DNA of 64,000 nucleotides, taken from contig JAYWIR010000054.1 in the NCBI GenBank assembly GCA_036172245.1, forward strand, positions 868,001-932,000, in the 5' to 3' direction. Numbering within the stretch: position 1 is the first letter of the stretch; the number at the start of each line of letters is the position of its first letter. Below are positions 51,677-62,989 of the stretch, one piece after another. Source of the stretch: Raillietiella orientalis. Its lineage: Eukaryota. The translations under genes and the position numbers were made by a program. Under the pieces are notes generated by a model, which saw nothing but the letters and a program-made list of their open reading frames with translations, did not search any database and had not been told where the DNA came from.

Positions 51677-52272
51677 TGATCCCTTCCCTGCCCTCCAACT
51701 TCTTTTTGTCTGTTTATTTTTTTATTTTTCTTTTTGTTTTATCCCCATCCCCCTTCGCTGCTGAGGAACGCTACGCTGGGCTGCGTCCCGGCGTCCCGGC
51801 AGGTCCAGTGCATATGGCCGTGAGCGGGGCCTTGTACCGCGGATGTAGAGTTTCTTAAAAAATAAACGCCCCGGCCGCACTCGGGTGTAAACCTCCGAGG
51901 CTGGCAAGAAGGCCGTAAGGCGTCCGGCCTCAACTAAGGAGTCCCCCACTTCCGACCCCGAGGTGGAGGCCGGAAGCGCAGCCTCCGTTTCCACGGCACC
52001 GCGCAAGAAGGCTGGACGTAAGTCCACAAAGCCAAGGAAGCTCGTCTCCCCCGTCGAAGGGGAAGAGATGGCTTCCGCAAGCGAGGGTGCCATCAGCGTG
52101 GGAAACTGTCGGGACCCGTAACCGAGAGAATTCCACGCTCGGACACGGAGGATATGGTGAGGATGGAGGCCGAACAGGTACCCCAGGCGCCTGAAAAGGC
52201 CGAAACCCTCATGGACATCCCGCCCGCCTCAGAAGAGGCGGGCTCCCCCACACCTTAATCTTCCCAGCAGTA

Positions 52273-55200
52273 ATGCCGGGAATCTCCTCCCGCCGTCGTC
52301 TGCGCATCGCCGTTTGGAACGTGAACGGCATGACAGACGCCGGCAGGAGACGAGACATGGCCGCCCTTCTCGAGTCCCACGACCTTGCGCTGCTGCAGGA
52401 GATCCACGTGATCTCTGCAGAACAAGCGCAAGAGATCGAATGGATCTGCGGAGAGCGGATATGGTACATGTGTGGGAGAGCGAGAAGTTGCGATGTCGCC
52501 TACCTGCTTCGGTCAGCCGTCGAGGCCGCGGCTCGGGGCGTACGGTTCGACGATCACGGTCGTGTCGGCCAGCTGACTCTCAGGTGGTCCGACTCGATCG
52601 ATCTGATCGTCACGAACATGTACGCATCGAACGGCAAGGACCTGATGAACAGGAGGGCGAGGAAAGAGTTTTTTATGCCCTCCGGCGAGACTGGCTGACC
52701 GAAGCAGGCGTGCGGAATGCCCATCTGGTTGCAGGCGATTTGAACGTTCGCCTGAAACCAGATGGGCAGAATCCCGAGCGTGACCTGGTCAACGAGGTGT
52801 GCATGGCGGTGCACACCTGTAATTTGTTGGCCAGTGCACCGGGGATGGAAGGCAGCATTGACCACGTGTTTCTTGACGAGCACCTGTGCCCTCGCGTGGG
52901 CAGGCGCGGCAAGTTACCGTGCGAGCTGTCCGACCATCGCCCGCTTGTCCTCGAGATCTATTCGCGCGACAGGGGCCCCCCTACGTCAGCGTGGCATCTC
53001 CCAGGAGACTGACTGAAGCTCCTTGACGCGGCGGAACATCTCCGCACGTTCATACGGAGCTTCAGCCTGCGGACACTCCAGGATTGGACCGCTTCAAGCG
53101 GTCAGTCCAGGAGTTCTGCGACCAGTTCCCTCTGCAACGCCTACGTACGGGTTTTGGGACCGAGGTCCGTAACGAACGAGCCTACCTGCAGGCCCGTCGT
53201 TACGCCAGGACCCCCGACATCCGCAGGCTAACGGAATACAAAGCGGGAGCCGAGAGGCAAGCCTGGCAGTCCGGATCCGCCAGCTTACTGGACGATCAAG
53301 GCCAGGAGCACTCGGCACCTGTCCAAATCCGCGACCTGCTGCGGAGTTACTTCTCCTCCCTGTATGCCAGGGCACCTCCGGAGAGGAACGTCTATCGACT
53401 ACTGCTTCCGGAAGGCGCTCCAGCGATCGGGGAGGAGCAGAGAAAGACCCACGACGAGCCTTTCACGATGGACGAGATCCTCTCGGCCATCGGAAAGCTC
53501 ATGAGGCGAAAGGCTCCAGGGGAGGACGGCCTGCCCGCGGAGTTTTATCAAACTTTCGCGGCTGAGCTTACCCCCCTGGTACAGCAACTCACCTTGCTGA
53601 TACGCGAAACAGGTGACGTTCCCACCCCGTTTCGTTCGGCAAAGGTGCGGCTCTTCCCTAAGGGAGGAGATCTGAGGAGCTTGAACAACTGGCGTCCCAT
53701 CACAATAGTGAATACGGACGCCAAGTTGCTGGCTAAGGTTTGGGCAGAGCGTCTGGGAGGGGTTGCCAACATCTTCATCATCCTGGAACAAACATATGCT
53801 GTTCCCGGGCGAAGCATGGAGGTTAACCCGTTCCACGCTTCCACCTGGCTGGAGCTCCAACATGAAAGGAGCTTGGTGCGCAACCGGAATTCCGGTGCGT
53901 GCGCCGGCAATGGGTTGGATGGTCGGGTGGGGGAGGGAGCCCTTGCGGTCGCAATCGACTTGCGAAAAGCATTCGAATGCGTCGACCAGAATTTCCTTCT
54001 GGAGCTTCTGGAACGCTTGGGCTTCTCGGCCTCATTAGTGGCCTATCTGCGCTCCTGTTGGCGCGACGCGCTCATCAAGCTTACTTTCAGCGGGCAGACC
54101 GTGCACGGCGTGCCGGTGCGGCGTGGGATCCGGCAGGGAGACAGCCTGATCCCCTTGCTCTTCAGTAGCTACATTGAGTTGGTACTGAGAGCGTACAGGG
54201 GAACTCTGGCGCACCTGCCGCACGACTGTGCCGGTACGTCGGCCGTTTCAGCGTACGCGGACGACCTTCTGCTTCTGCTCCCTATGTCCACCCCGGCTGC
54301 GGCGGTCGAGGAGTTCTTCGACCTGCTGCATCGGGGAACCTGAATTACTGTGAACAGGGCGAAGTCGTCCGTGATGCCAGTTGGTGCGGCGTGGACAGGG
54401 CAGCAGGACTGGGTCCGTTTGGGGATCTCCACGGTGGAATACTTCAAGTACCTTGGTGTGCCGTTGGGGGACTACTCCCCTGCGAAAGCGTGGTCCGGCT
54501 GCCTCCAAAAAGTAGAGACGGCGATCGGCCCGTTCCGAGGCGGCAGGTTTTTCCTGCCTGAACGGGCGGCGGTTTGGAACACTTTCGCATCGCCTCTCCT
54601 CCGCCCCCTGCTTTTTGTTTTCCCTATCACAGAGAGAATTAAAAAGAGGACAGAGGACCTCCTCCGTATCGCCCTTTGGGGCAACATGAGGGTCCAAGTC
54701 CGCTTAAAGGACTTGTGCGCTTCTCGTCGGGATGGTGGTGTGGGCCTCCTGACGCTGGAGCGGCTGGAGCTTCAACTCCAGCTCCGATTGTCGGCACTCG
54801 TTTCAGAGTTGTGGTGCACCTGTTGGTGCGTCCCTGCACGTCTCCTTCTAGAGCAAGCCACCTGCAAGACGGGACTGACGTCGTTTCTTGCACTCCGTCG
54901 CCGCGTCAACCGATGCGGACTCCAGCTACGGAGGGTGGCTGGGCTGTATCGCAAAAACCCAGGATCGCTCACCTGTCGCCCTTTGAACGGTAGTGCCTGG
55001 TTGCAGGAAACCGTTCGAACGTGGGGAGAATTCGGCATGCAACGCTCCCAACAGGAACGAAGGTTCCTGTTTAGGGGTAACAGAAGTTGCACGCTTCGCG
55101 AGATCCTGGAGGATCCAAAGAAGAGAGCGTGTGCAGGAAGAACCCCCCTCGCTGCTGCGCTGCCCTCCCTGATAAAAGATCTGGACAGCGATGTTGCGGC

Positions 55201-55852
55201 GGAGTGGGTGGTTACAGTAGCAATCTCCGGAAAGGAGAAGAAGATAGGAGAGTGGAAGATGGGCCAGTTATCAGACGCTGCGTCCCCGAGTACGCCTCCC
55301 AATGGACTTCTGCGCTCTTGCGCGCTGCTCGATGTTACCATTGAACATCTGAAGTGGCCCCCGGATCTCATGAACACTTCCACCCTCCCCTTAAAATGGC
55401 AGGAGTCGGCTCTCCTGTTGCAGCACTATGGACTCCCCTGCAACGCCCGCCGACACCATTGGACCTGGGGAGCGGTGGACCCCAATTGCGTCAGGTGTGG
55501 GGAACGGGAGTCCCTCCCCCACCTGCTAGTGTATTGTGTTGCCCTTCGGCCCCTTTGGTTTCTCTTTGCTGCGGCCATCGAAATCCCCTGCGGCAACCCC
55601 AGAAACGCACTGAAAGCCCTCTTCGTTGCCGACGCCCTTCTGCCCGCGGCCTCGTTAGCAGATTTGAGCAGTCTACGCAAGATCGTCACCGCTTGGAGCA
55701 AGGCTACGGGAGGACAACGCGACCAGGTTGCCATCCAGCCAGCCTCCCAGTTTCTGAGGATGGCTTCCCGATGGCCCCACCTGGATCGAGGAATACAGAA
55801 GGAGCTTGCCGGCATTCTGCAAAGGATGCAACGGCCCCACCAGCAACTGTGA
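52273..55852 (+). pseudogene. T7 ORF2 (APE-RT-Zn) with several frameshifts/stops
   Basis: Pieces 52273-52698, ~52680-53012, 53084-54343, 54350-55852 carry EN, RT (YADD) and zinc motifs. Confidence 0.92.
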
Positions 55853-57484
55853 TCCCTTCGCTTACCCTATGAACTTTCCTTTTCTTTTTTTGTTTTGTTT
55901 TTTGTTTTTCCCCCTACTCTCTGCTGCCGTGGTGGACCGTACCGGTCTGCGAACCGGTGATCCAACAGGCTCTGTGTTTCTTCGTTGGTGGCTGGAGCAA
56001 TGGTCCAGCCACCGCACGTCTTTGTAAAAGTTTATTTTACAATAAACGCCCCAAAGAAATCCGGGTGAAAATCGAACGCCTTGCGTGCTCCAGGGTGGAC
56101 GTGTTTTCTCGGTGCTCCTCGTGCCATGAAGTCTCCCCCAGTGCAAGCGTCGTGTGGTTCGGTGGTCGTTCAGGCAGCGATGCCAGACGCGACCACCAGG
56201 AATGGCCAGGAAGCAGCGGCAACGCCGCCTCCAGAGGCGATGGAGAGCCAGGGGAGGCGGAAACGTCGCCCATAGAGGCGAGGGAAGGGGGGGCATCCGC
56301 CCCCACAGAATCGGTCCCCGCTGCAGCGCGGGCGTGGAGCGCCATTGTGTCGGCGCCATCGCCTGCAGCCGCGGCGGAATTGTGGGCCTATGTAGAGAAG
56401 GGGTACAACCCCTCATTGTTCTACAAGGTAGGCAATTTATATTCTTTAGAGAGCGCGTGCGCCTTCTCGAAGGGCATGCACGCTCTCGATGTGAAAGAGG
56501 AGGAGCTCAGCGCTATGACCATCCGCAACGGGGGTCAGTACCTTGAGGTCATCTGCAAAGATGCAGAGCTGGCCCAACGACTGCTTAAAACCCCCGTTGT
56601 GATGGGGACGCGCAGGCTCCTCCCCATTACGACGGACCGCAGCATGCTGGTCCACCTGTTAGGCGTAACCGCGCGAATGCGCAAAGAACAGGTTCGCGCC
56701 GCTTTGGAACAGTTCGGAACGGTCCACGCACAGTGGACGAAAGGAAGTCCTTTCGAGGACTACACGGGACTGCAACACGGCCTCACTGCTGCGCGCGTGA
56801 CCGTTCGGGAGGGCTGCACTCTTCTTCACAAACTGGTGGTCGAAGGCGAAATCGTCGACCTCTGGTATGTAGGGAAGCCGAAATACTGTGGCTTCTGCAA
56901 TACGTCGGGCCACCTCAAAAAGGGTTGTCCCAATGTGCAGTAATAAGTATGCGGAACCATAGGACACACGAGAGAGGTGTGCGCTAAAGCAGCAGTGCGG
57001 GTGGTTTCCAAGAGAATCCTTAAATAACGCCCGGCTTCTGCAGAAAAGGCTGGCGGCGAAAGCTTCCGCGAAGGCTGTGCCACCCGCGCCCAAGGCCCAA
57101 ACCGCACCCGACACCACGGCGAACAACGCCGAACAATTCGAGGGAACAAGCTAGGAGCCTGGGTGGCAGGTGGCTACGGCCAAAAAATCAAAGAAGGAGA
57201 GGAGGATGGAGAAAAAGCTCGCGTACCGCCAGCAAAAACAGGAGGCAAGCGAGCAAATTAAAGAATGCAGCGTTGTTGTTTATTACTCTGTTGCGCCGGG
57301 TCGTTTATTATAATATCAACTGAGAACTGTGTTTCCAGGCAAGGGGAACAGAAAATGGGGAGTAGATTTCCCGGAACGCAGTTTGGACACACTGAGAGTT
57401 CGGAACGGGATGGGGTGAGACAATAAATAAATAAACTGGGTGGGGGGGCGGGGACAGGGGCATACCGTCTAACCGTTCCTATTC

Positions 57485-60400
57485 TCAGAACCGGCGGTGA
57501 ATGCCGCCGATCTGCGTCCTCACTTCTGCTGCAAGATGTGGCCACCCGGCAGCCATTTGCAGGTTGCAGGCTGCGCTGTCGGGGACCGATGTTGGGACTG
57601 CTCGCATCTGCAATACGTGGCGGGCCCTGACAATGGCGCGGACGCAGCAGATGATTGCGACGACCGCTCCAATAGAGAGTCCGCCACGCGTGTAGAAGCG
57701 TCGCATCCAATCCAGTGCGGTGTGTCCGGGGTGCAGGAGCGCTGAAGACAGCCGCCACCACAGCTCCTGGAAGGCACAGCACTCAAACAGCAAATGCGGA
57801 AGCGATTCCACCGCTCCGCATTTGGCACAGTTCGGGGACGCAGCTCCCCCGGAAATCAGGTGCACCCGCTGGTTGCAGTACAAACCCCAATGCACCAGCA
57901 GAAAGGCGTCCTGCCTCCACCGAAGGGGGAAGAGAGTCGCGTCCAAACACGCAGAAGAGACCACAAGTTCATCGGTGGGCACCCTGAGGAGCTCACTCCA
58001 CCGGTGAAGCCCCTTTGCAAGAATGCGAGGTGTGGCAGCGTCTGCCACTTCGCAAGTCCGCCAGCCGCCCAGCACTCGGGTTTCGCCTGCGATTTCGCAA
58101 GTGATCTCCCACCCCGCCGGCAGGTCACTGTCATCTCGCACCATCAGTGCACACAGTGCTTCGGCGAGTGGCGTAGCGGCTAGGCGTGTCCACTGGTCCT
58201 GGTCTTCCAGCACCTCCCCCACTGGACAGTATGGGGAAAGTTTCACGCAACGGAGTTCCAAACAGGACACATCCTGTTGCGCTGCCCACGACGATAAGGC
58301 TTCCTGCCTTTAGGCGTTGAAGTTCGTCGGCCGGCAGGAGATCCACTCAAGCTTTCCCAGAAGCGTGGCGAGCTGCTTGAAAGGGAAGCCGAATCCTCTC
58401 TGGAAGCGCTCCGTGCGCAGATGCAACGAACGTAGTCCGTCGCCACCCGTGCTGCGCCGCAGCAGCAGCCGCGCTGAAGCACACCAGGGAGTAGTCCAGA
58501 GCTGCGCACAAAGTGCCAGCATATGGAACTGCACTAGCAGTCCGATCCGCTCCAGCGTCAGGATGCCCAATCCTGCATCCCGCCGAGGAGCCGTCAAGTC
58601 CTTCAGGCGTATCCTGGACCTCGCCGGTCCCCACAGGGCGTCACGCAACAGGCGTTGCGCCCGGCGCTTAGCCGAGTAGGGAGGGGGACAAACAAAAAAG
58701 AGGGGACGGAGGAGGGGGGCAACGAAAATGTTCCACACGAAGGCCCGTTCCGACAGGAGAAACCTGCCGCCTTGGAACGGGCCCAGAGATGTCTCGGTCT
58801 TGTGATGGCAGTCCGACCACGGTTCTGCTGGACAGAAAGCGCCTAAGGGAACGCCGAGGTACTTCAAGCACCTGCCCGTGAAGATCCCCAGGCGGATCCA
58901 GTCAAACTGCCCCTTCCACGTAGAGCCAACCGGTACAACGGTTGATTTCGTCCTGTTCACGCTCAGGCCCGCTCCCAGACGAATGAGATCGAAGAAGTCC
59001 TCGAGCCTGGACGCCGTGGTGGACATGGGCAGCAGCAGGAGAAGGTCGTCAGCATAGGCGGCCACGGCCGGTGTTCCCGGGCAGGAGCTCGGCAGGTTGG
59101 CCAGCGACAGCCTGTACGCCCTCAGCACCAACTCAAAGAAGATGCTGAAGAGCAGGGGGCTTAAGCTGTCTCCCCGCCTGATACCCAGCCGTATAAGAAC
59201 ACCGTACACGTGACGCCCGCTGAAAGAGATACAGCATAACGCGTGGCGCCAGCAGGAGCGCAAGTAGGCGATCAGGTGCGTCGGGAGGCCTGGGCGTCCC
59301 AGAAGCTCCAGAAGGAGGTCCTGGTTTACGCTGTCGAACGCTTTGCAGAGATCGACGGCGACCGCTAAGGCTCCCGGCGTTCCATCGTGCCTTGAATACC
59401 GCCGCTTTCCTTTGGCAGCGGCGATTTCGGCTGCCTGGCTCTGCTGCGCCACGCGCTGCAGCAACTCGAACCATGTTCGCGTGAAGAAGAGATTCGTGTC
59501 CATGGACCGCCCCGGAACAGCATAAGTCTGCTCCGGACTTACCAAGGACTCTGCGATTCTCCCCAGGCGCGCGACCCATAGCCTGGAGAACAACTTGACG
59601 TCCGAATTCACCAATGTGATCGGACGCCAGTTGCTAAGGTGGCGCAAATCACCGCCTTTCGGTAGGAGCCGCACCTTTGCTGAGCGGAAAGAAGAGGGAA
59701 CATCTCCCGTCTCACGCATCAGCGAGGAAAGGCTTAGCACCAGGGGGACGAGCTCCGCCGCGAAGCACTGAAAGAACTCCGCGGGCAGGCTATCCTCCCC
59801 AGGCGCCTTACGCCTCTTCAGGCCCGCTATGGCAGAAGATACTTCTTCCGCCGTGAAGGGCCAATCCAATCTGGCGCGTTTCTCCTCGTCGATAGCAGGG
59901 TTGCCCGTCGGAAGAAGCAGCTCGGAGAGACTGCGTTCCGTGGGCTCCTCCGCGTACAACGAGGAGTAGTGGCGCTTGACTACGCGGTGTACTTCGGCTG
60001 CAGCCAAACATTCCTGGCCAGCGTCATCGAGCAGACAATCCGCTCCAGACTGCCAAACCTGGCGCTCGGCCTGGCCTTATACTCCGCCAGACGCCGGACG
60101 TCCTGGCATCGTGAAAAGGTACGCGCCTGCAGATAGGATCTGCTGTTCGCGACACCCTCCCCGAAGCCGCGGGGAAGCAGGTGCAAGGGGAACCGGCAGC
60201 CGAACTCGCGGACCGATCTCTTCAGATCGTCCCAGTCCTCGAGTTCACAGATGGCGAAGCCCCCTAGGTGTTGGCGGAGATGCTCCGCCGCCTCCGAATT
60301 GCTAAGCCAGTCGGCCACAACCTCCAGACATTCATCGGAGGCCCTTTGCCAGGCGGGAGGAGCTCGAAATCCAGTCTCGGATGATCCGAAATCGCGGACA

Positions 60401-61046
60401 GCAGGCGCCCTCTCCGACCTACTCGTGAGAGCTGGTGTTCATCGAGGAACGCATGGTCCGGAGATCTCTCCATCCTGGGCTCACCAGCAAGCAAGTTTTG
60501 CACGCGCACGGACGCGTATACCTCGCTCACCAGTTGCTTCTCCCTCAAGCGGCATCTCTCCTCTGTTAGCAGGTGGACGTTGAAGTCTCCTGCAAGGAGG
60601 TGCGCCACGTTAGGGCCGGAGTCAGCGAGCCAGCGGCTGCGCAGGCCACCCAGGAATGCAAGTCGCTGGGCGTAATGCCGGCCGCCGCTCGGCGCGTAGA
60701 TGTTCGTAACGACCAGGTCGATCGATTCGGACCACTTGAGGACAAGTTGGCCCACACGACCTTCCTCGTCGAAACAAACGTTCCGGTTCGCCTCCGCCAC
60801 CCTGCCTCGGACGAGGAACGCGACTCCGCACGTGTGCGCGGAGCCTTGCCGCCAGTGAAGCGTCCCGCCAGCGCGCTCTTCCAGATCCAATGCCTGCCGT
60901 ACGGAGATGCTATGTATCTCCTGCAGCAGCACCAGATCGAACGCGCGCAAAGCGTTGGCTACCCTCCGCATTTTGTCAGCATCACGTAGCCCGCTGACAT
61001 TCCAACAGGCTACGCTGACGCGACGAGCGGACGCGAGTCCACGCAT
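57485..61046 (-). pseudogene. T10 ORF2 (APE-RT-Zn) with frameshifts
   Basis: Pieces 60264-61061 (WNVSG, LQEIH, GDFN, SDH), 59980-60318, 58310-60007 (DLCKAFD, YADD, YLG), 57485-58270 (CAKCG..HLLFEC). Confidence 0.92.
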
Positions 61047-62989
61047 CACTGCTGCGGACATGACGGCGTGCTCCTCGCCCCGTCCGGCGAGAAGTCAGCT
61101 GGTAGGAGAGCGGATTGGGAAGTGGAATCGCTCCCGTTCGCCGCCACATCGCGCCCAGCTGAGTCCTGGGAGCCGAGGATCATCGCCTTGGTCTCCGTGC
61201 AGGAGCCGGAACCGCCTTTGGAAACAGGCTCGTGCTTTCGCACTATAGCCCGGCGCGCTACCGGCTTACCCCGGGATGCGCGCTCCATTTGTTTGCACTC
61301 GGACTCCACCTCGGAGTCCGAGTGCCTGGCGCGAGACTGGCGTTTTGCCAGTCTCTTTTTGTTTCGGCAGCTGGAGGCTTGCCCTGCCTGCGCGGGGGTC
61401 GTCGCAGTCGCCAACGCAGCTTCCGGAGCTTTGGCTTCCGCAGCCGCCCTCTCGCGCGAAGCGACGGAGACAGAGCACGCAGCCGTAGTGCGTACCTGGG
61501 TACGCACCTTCTTCGGCGTGCTTCTCTTTTGCCTCCCACCTACCTTAAGGATGGGGAATATTGAAAGGTCAACCTTCTTCTTCCCCTTTGTTGGCGTCCT
61601 GGAGACTCGAGTCCAGCCCGCGTCGGGGATGCCCTCCTGGGATGCCGAAGCCTCCCTCAATTGTTTGGCCGGAGATGCCGTCTCACGTTTCGCGCTCGCG
61701 GCGGGAGACGGCTCCGTCCCCGTTACGCACTGCACCTGCTCCTTAGCCGATGCGGGCGAAACGGTGGTCATTGCCGTCGTCCCGCGAGGCGCTATTGCAG
61801 CCTTCGCTGCTCGTGCCTTCGGCGTGGAAGACGTGATCTCCACCGCCGTAGGAGGAAACTGCCGTTCAGAGGCAGCTCCGAGGGTACCCGCGCACGGTTT
61901 CCCGTGTGCTCCGCTGGACGCGCAAGCGGACGCGGACGGTTCAGCAGCCTTGATTGAGTGCGTGCCCGCACTCTTAGGCTGTTTCGAAGGGGGCGATTTG
62001 CCCCCAGAGCGACGTGGCATCTTTCCCGTCTGCGCGGTTGTCTGGGATGGTGGCTTTCCTGAAGCAACCGCGCCCTTTTTCGCGGGACCGCCACTTGAAG
62101 ATGCCCCGCCCTTCGCGCCTGATTTCTCCCGTGGCACAACGGGGGATCTTTTCGGCGCGGACGGGGTTGATTGTTGGCGGCTTTTCGCCTGCCTCTTTCT
62201 CTTCAGCTCGGCGCACTCTTTCATGCAGTGGCCGAGCTGTTTACAATAGCGGCAGTTGCGTGAAGGGCACGTCCACGGACGGTGGCCCTCGGCACCGCAA
62301 ATGCCGCAAGCCGGTCGCTGACCGGCAAATTTAAGGTAGACGATCGCATCGCCCACCTGCAAGTGCGGAGGCATTTGCCTCCTATCCGCCATGGTGACAC
62401 GCGCCATGGCAAGTCCGCTGTGGAGAGATGCAATCCTTTTGATCGGATTTTCTGCTCCCCACAGCGCGTGCACCGTGGCGAATGCACTTAGTGCAGCGAC
62501 GAACACGCGATCGGGCGTGTCCACCTGGACGGCGGATAATCGGAACACGAACGACTGGTCCATGGCCGACGGGACCACCTCCTTCCCGCGGATATTTAGC
62601 GGGGTGCGGAGAAGGCGCTGGACTAGTGATGCCTCTTTGCAGTGCACGTCCCAGTGTCCGAGCGCGTTAACCGGCATGACGGCCAGGAGGTCGTCCTTTC
62701 GATCCCCGACGCGCAAAAGCTCGTCCCACAAATTTTCTCCGACCCCGTCGGAGATAGAAGCACTAACCGGATAGCAGAACGCAGGCTTGTAGCCATGGGC
62801 TGCATATGCCTGCAGCTCTGCTTCGTCGGGCGGTGCTCCGTTGGCTGCCGCCGCCTTGACGACGGCGGCGAAGCTTCTCGCCGGTGGCGAGACACAAGAA
62901 TCAGAGGCGGACCGGACATCTGGAGTAGAATCTCCACTGCCAGTAGTAGCCTTCACATCCATCTTTTGCTGCAGGGGCTCCGTGGACAT
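61046..62989 (-). CDS. T10 ORF1, intact gag-like zinc-knuckle protein (647 aa)
   Basis: Open frame; CGICGAEGHRPWTC and CRYCKQLGHCMKEC. Confidence 0.88.
   Translation of the reverse strand: MSTEPLQQKMDVKATTGSGDSTPDVRSASDSCVSPPARSFAAVVKAAAANGAPPDEAELQAYAAHGYKPAFCYPVSASISDGVGENLWDELLRVGDRKDDLLAVMPVNALGHWDVHCKEASLVQRLLRTPLNIRGKEVVPSAMDQSFVFRLSAVQVDTPDRVFVAALSAFATVHALWGAENPIKRIASLHSGLAMARVTMADRRQMPPHLQVGDAIVYLKFAGQRPACGICGAEGHRPWTCPSRNCRYCKQLGHCMKECAELKRKRQAKSRQQSTPSAPKRSPVVPREKSGAKGGASSSGGPAKKGAVASGKPPSQTTAQTGKMPRRSGGKSPPSKQPKSAGTHSIKAAEPSASACASSGAHGKPCAGTLGAASERQFPPTAVEITSSTPKARAAKAAIAPRGTTAMTTVSPASAKEQVQCVTGTEPSPAASAKRETASPAKQLREASASQEGIPDAGWTRVSRTPTKGKKKVDLSIFPILKVGGRQKRSTPKKVRTQVRTTAACSVSVASRERAAAEAKAPEAALATATTPAQAGQASSCRNKKRLAKRQSRARHSDSEVESECKQMERASRGKPVARRAIVRKHEPVSKGGSGSCTETKAMILGSQDSAGRDVAANGSDSTSQSALLPADFSPDGARSTPSCPQQ

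Larger units (their letters stand above)
46245..51891 (+). mobile_element. T8: full-length, nearly intact family beta Tx1-like element
   Basis: 5' UTR, ORF1, ORF2 (APE-RT-Zn), 3' UTR; flanked by CCTCCG(C/A)GGC. Confidence 0.96.
44747..56071 (+). mobile_element. T7: full-length family alpha Tx1-like element containing T8s and T8; 14-bp TSD
   Basis: TSD TCGAACACCTTGCG (44733-44746) / TCGAACGCCTTGCG (56072-56085); ORF1 44841-46149 + ~51892-52273; ORF2 52273-55852. Confidence 0.95.

Noticed and set aside
46150..51891. T8 as an LTR element because both ends share ~80 bp
   Set aside because: It encodes APE-RT with no protease or integrase, and has no TG..CA ends. The short piece has its own perfect 15-bp TSD, indicating a separate truncated insertion
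61068..62249. Long antisense ORFs (also 47495-48529, 50096-51028, 43985-44701)
   Set aside because: Shadow frames of GC-rich retrotransposon ORFs with no independent motifs
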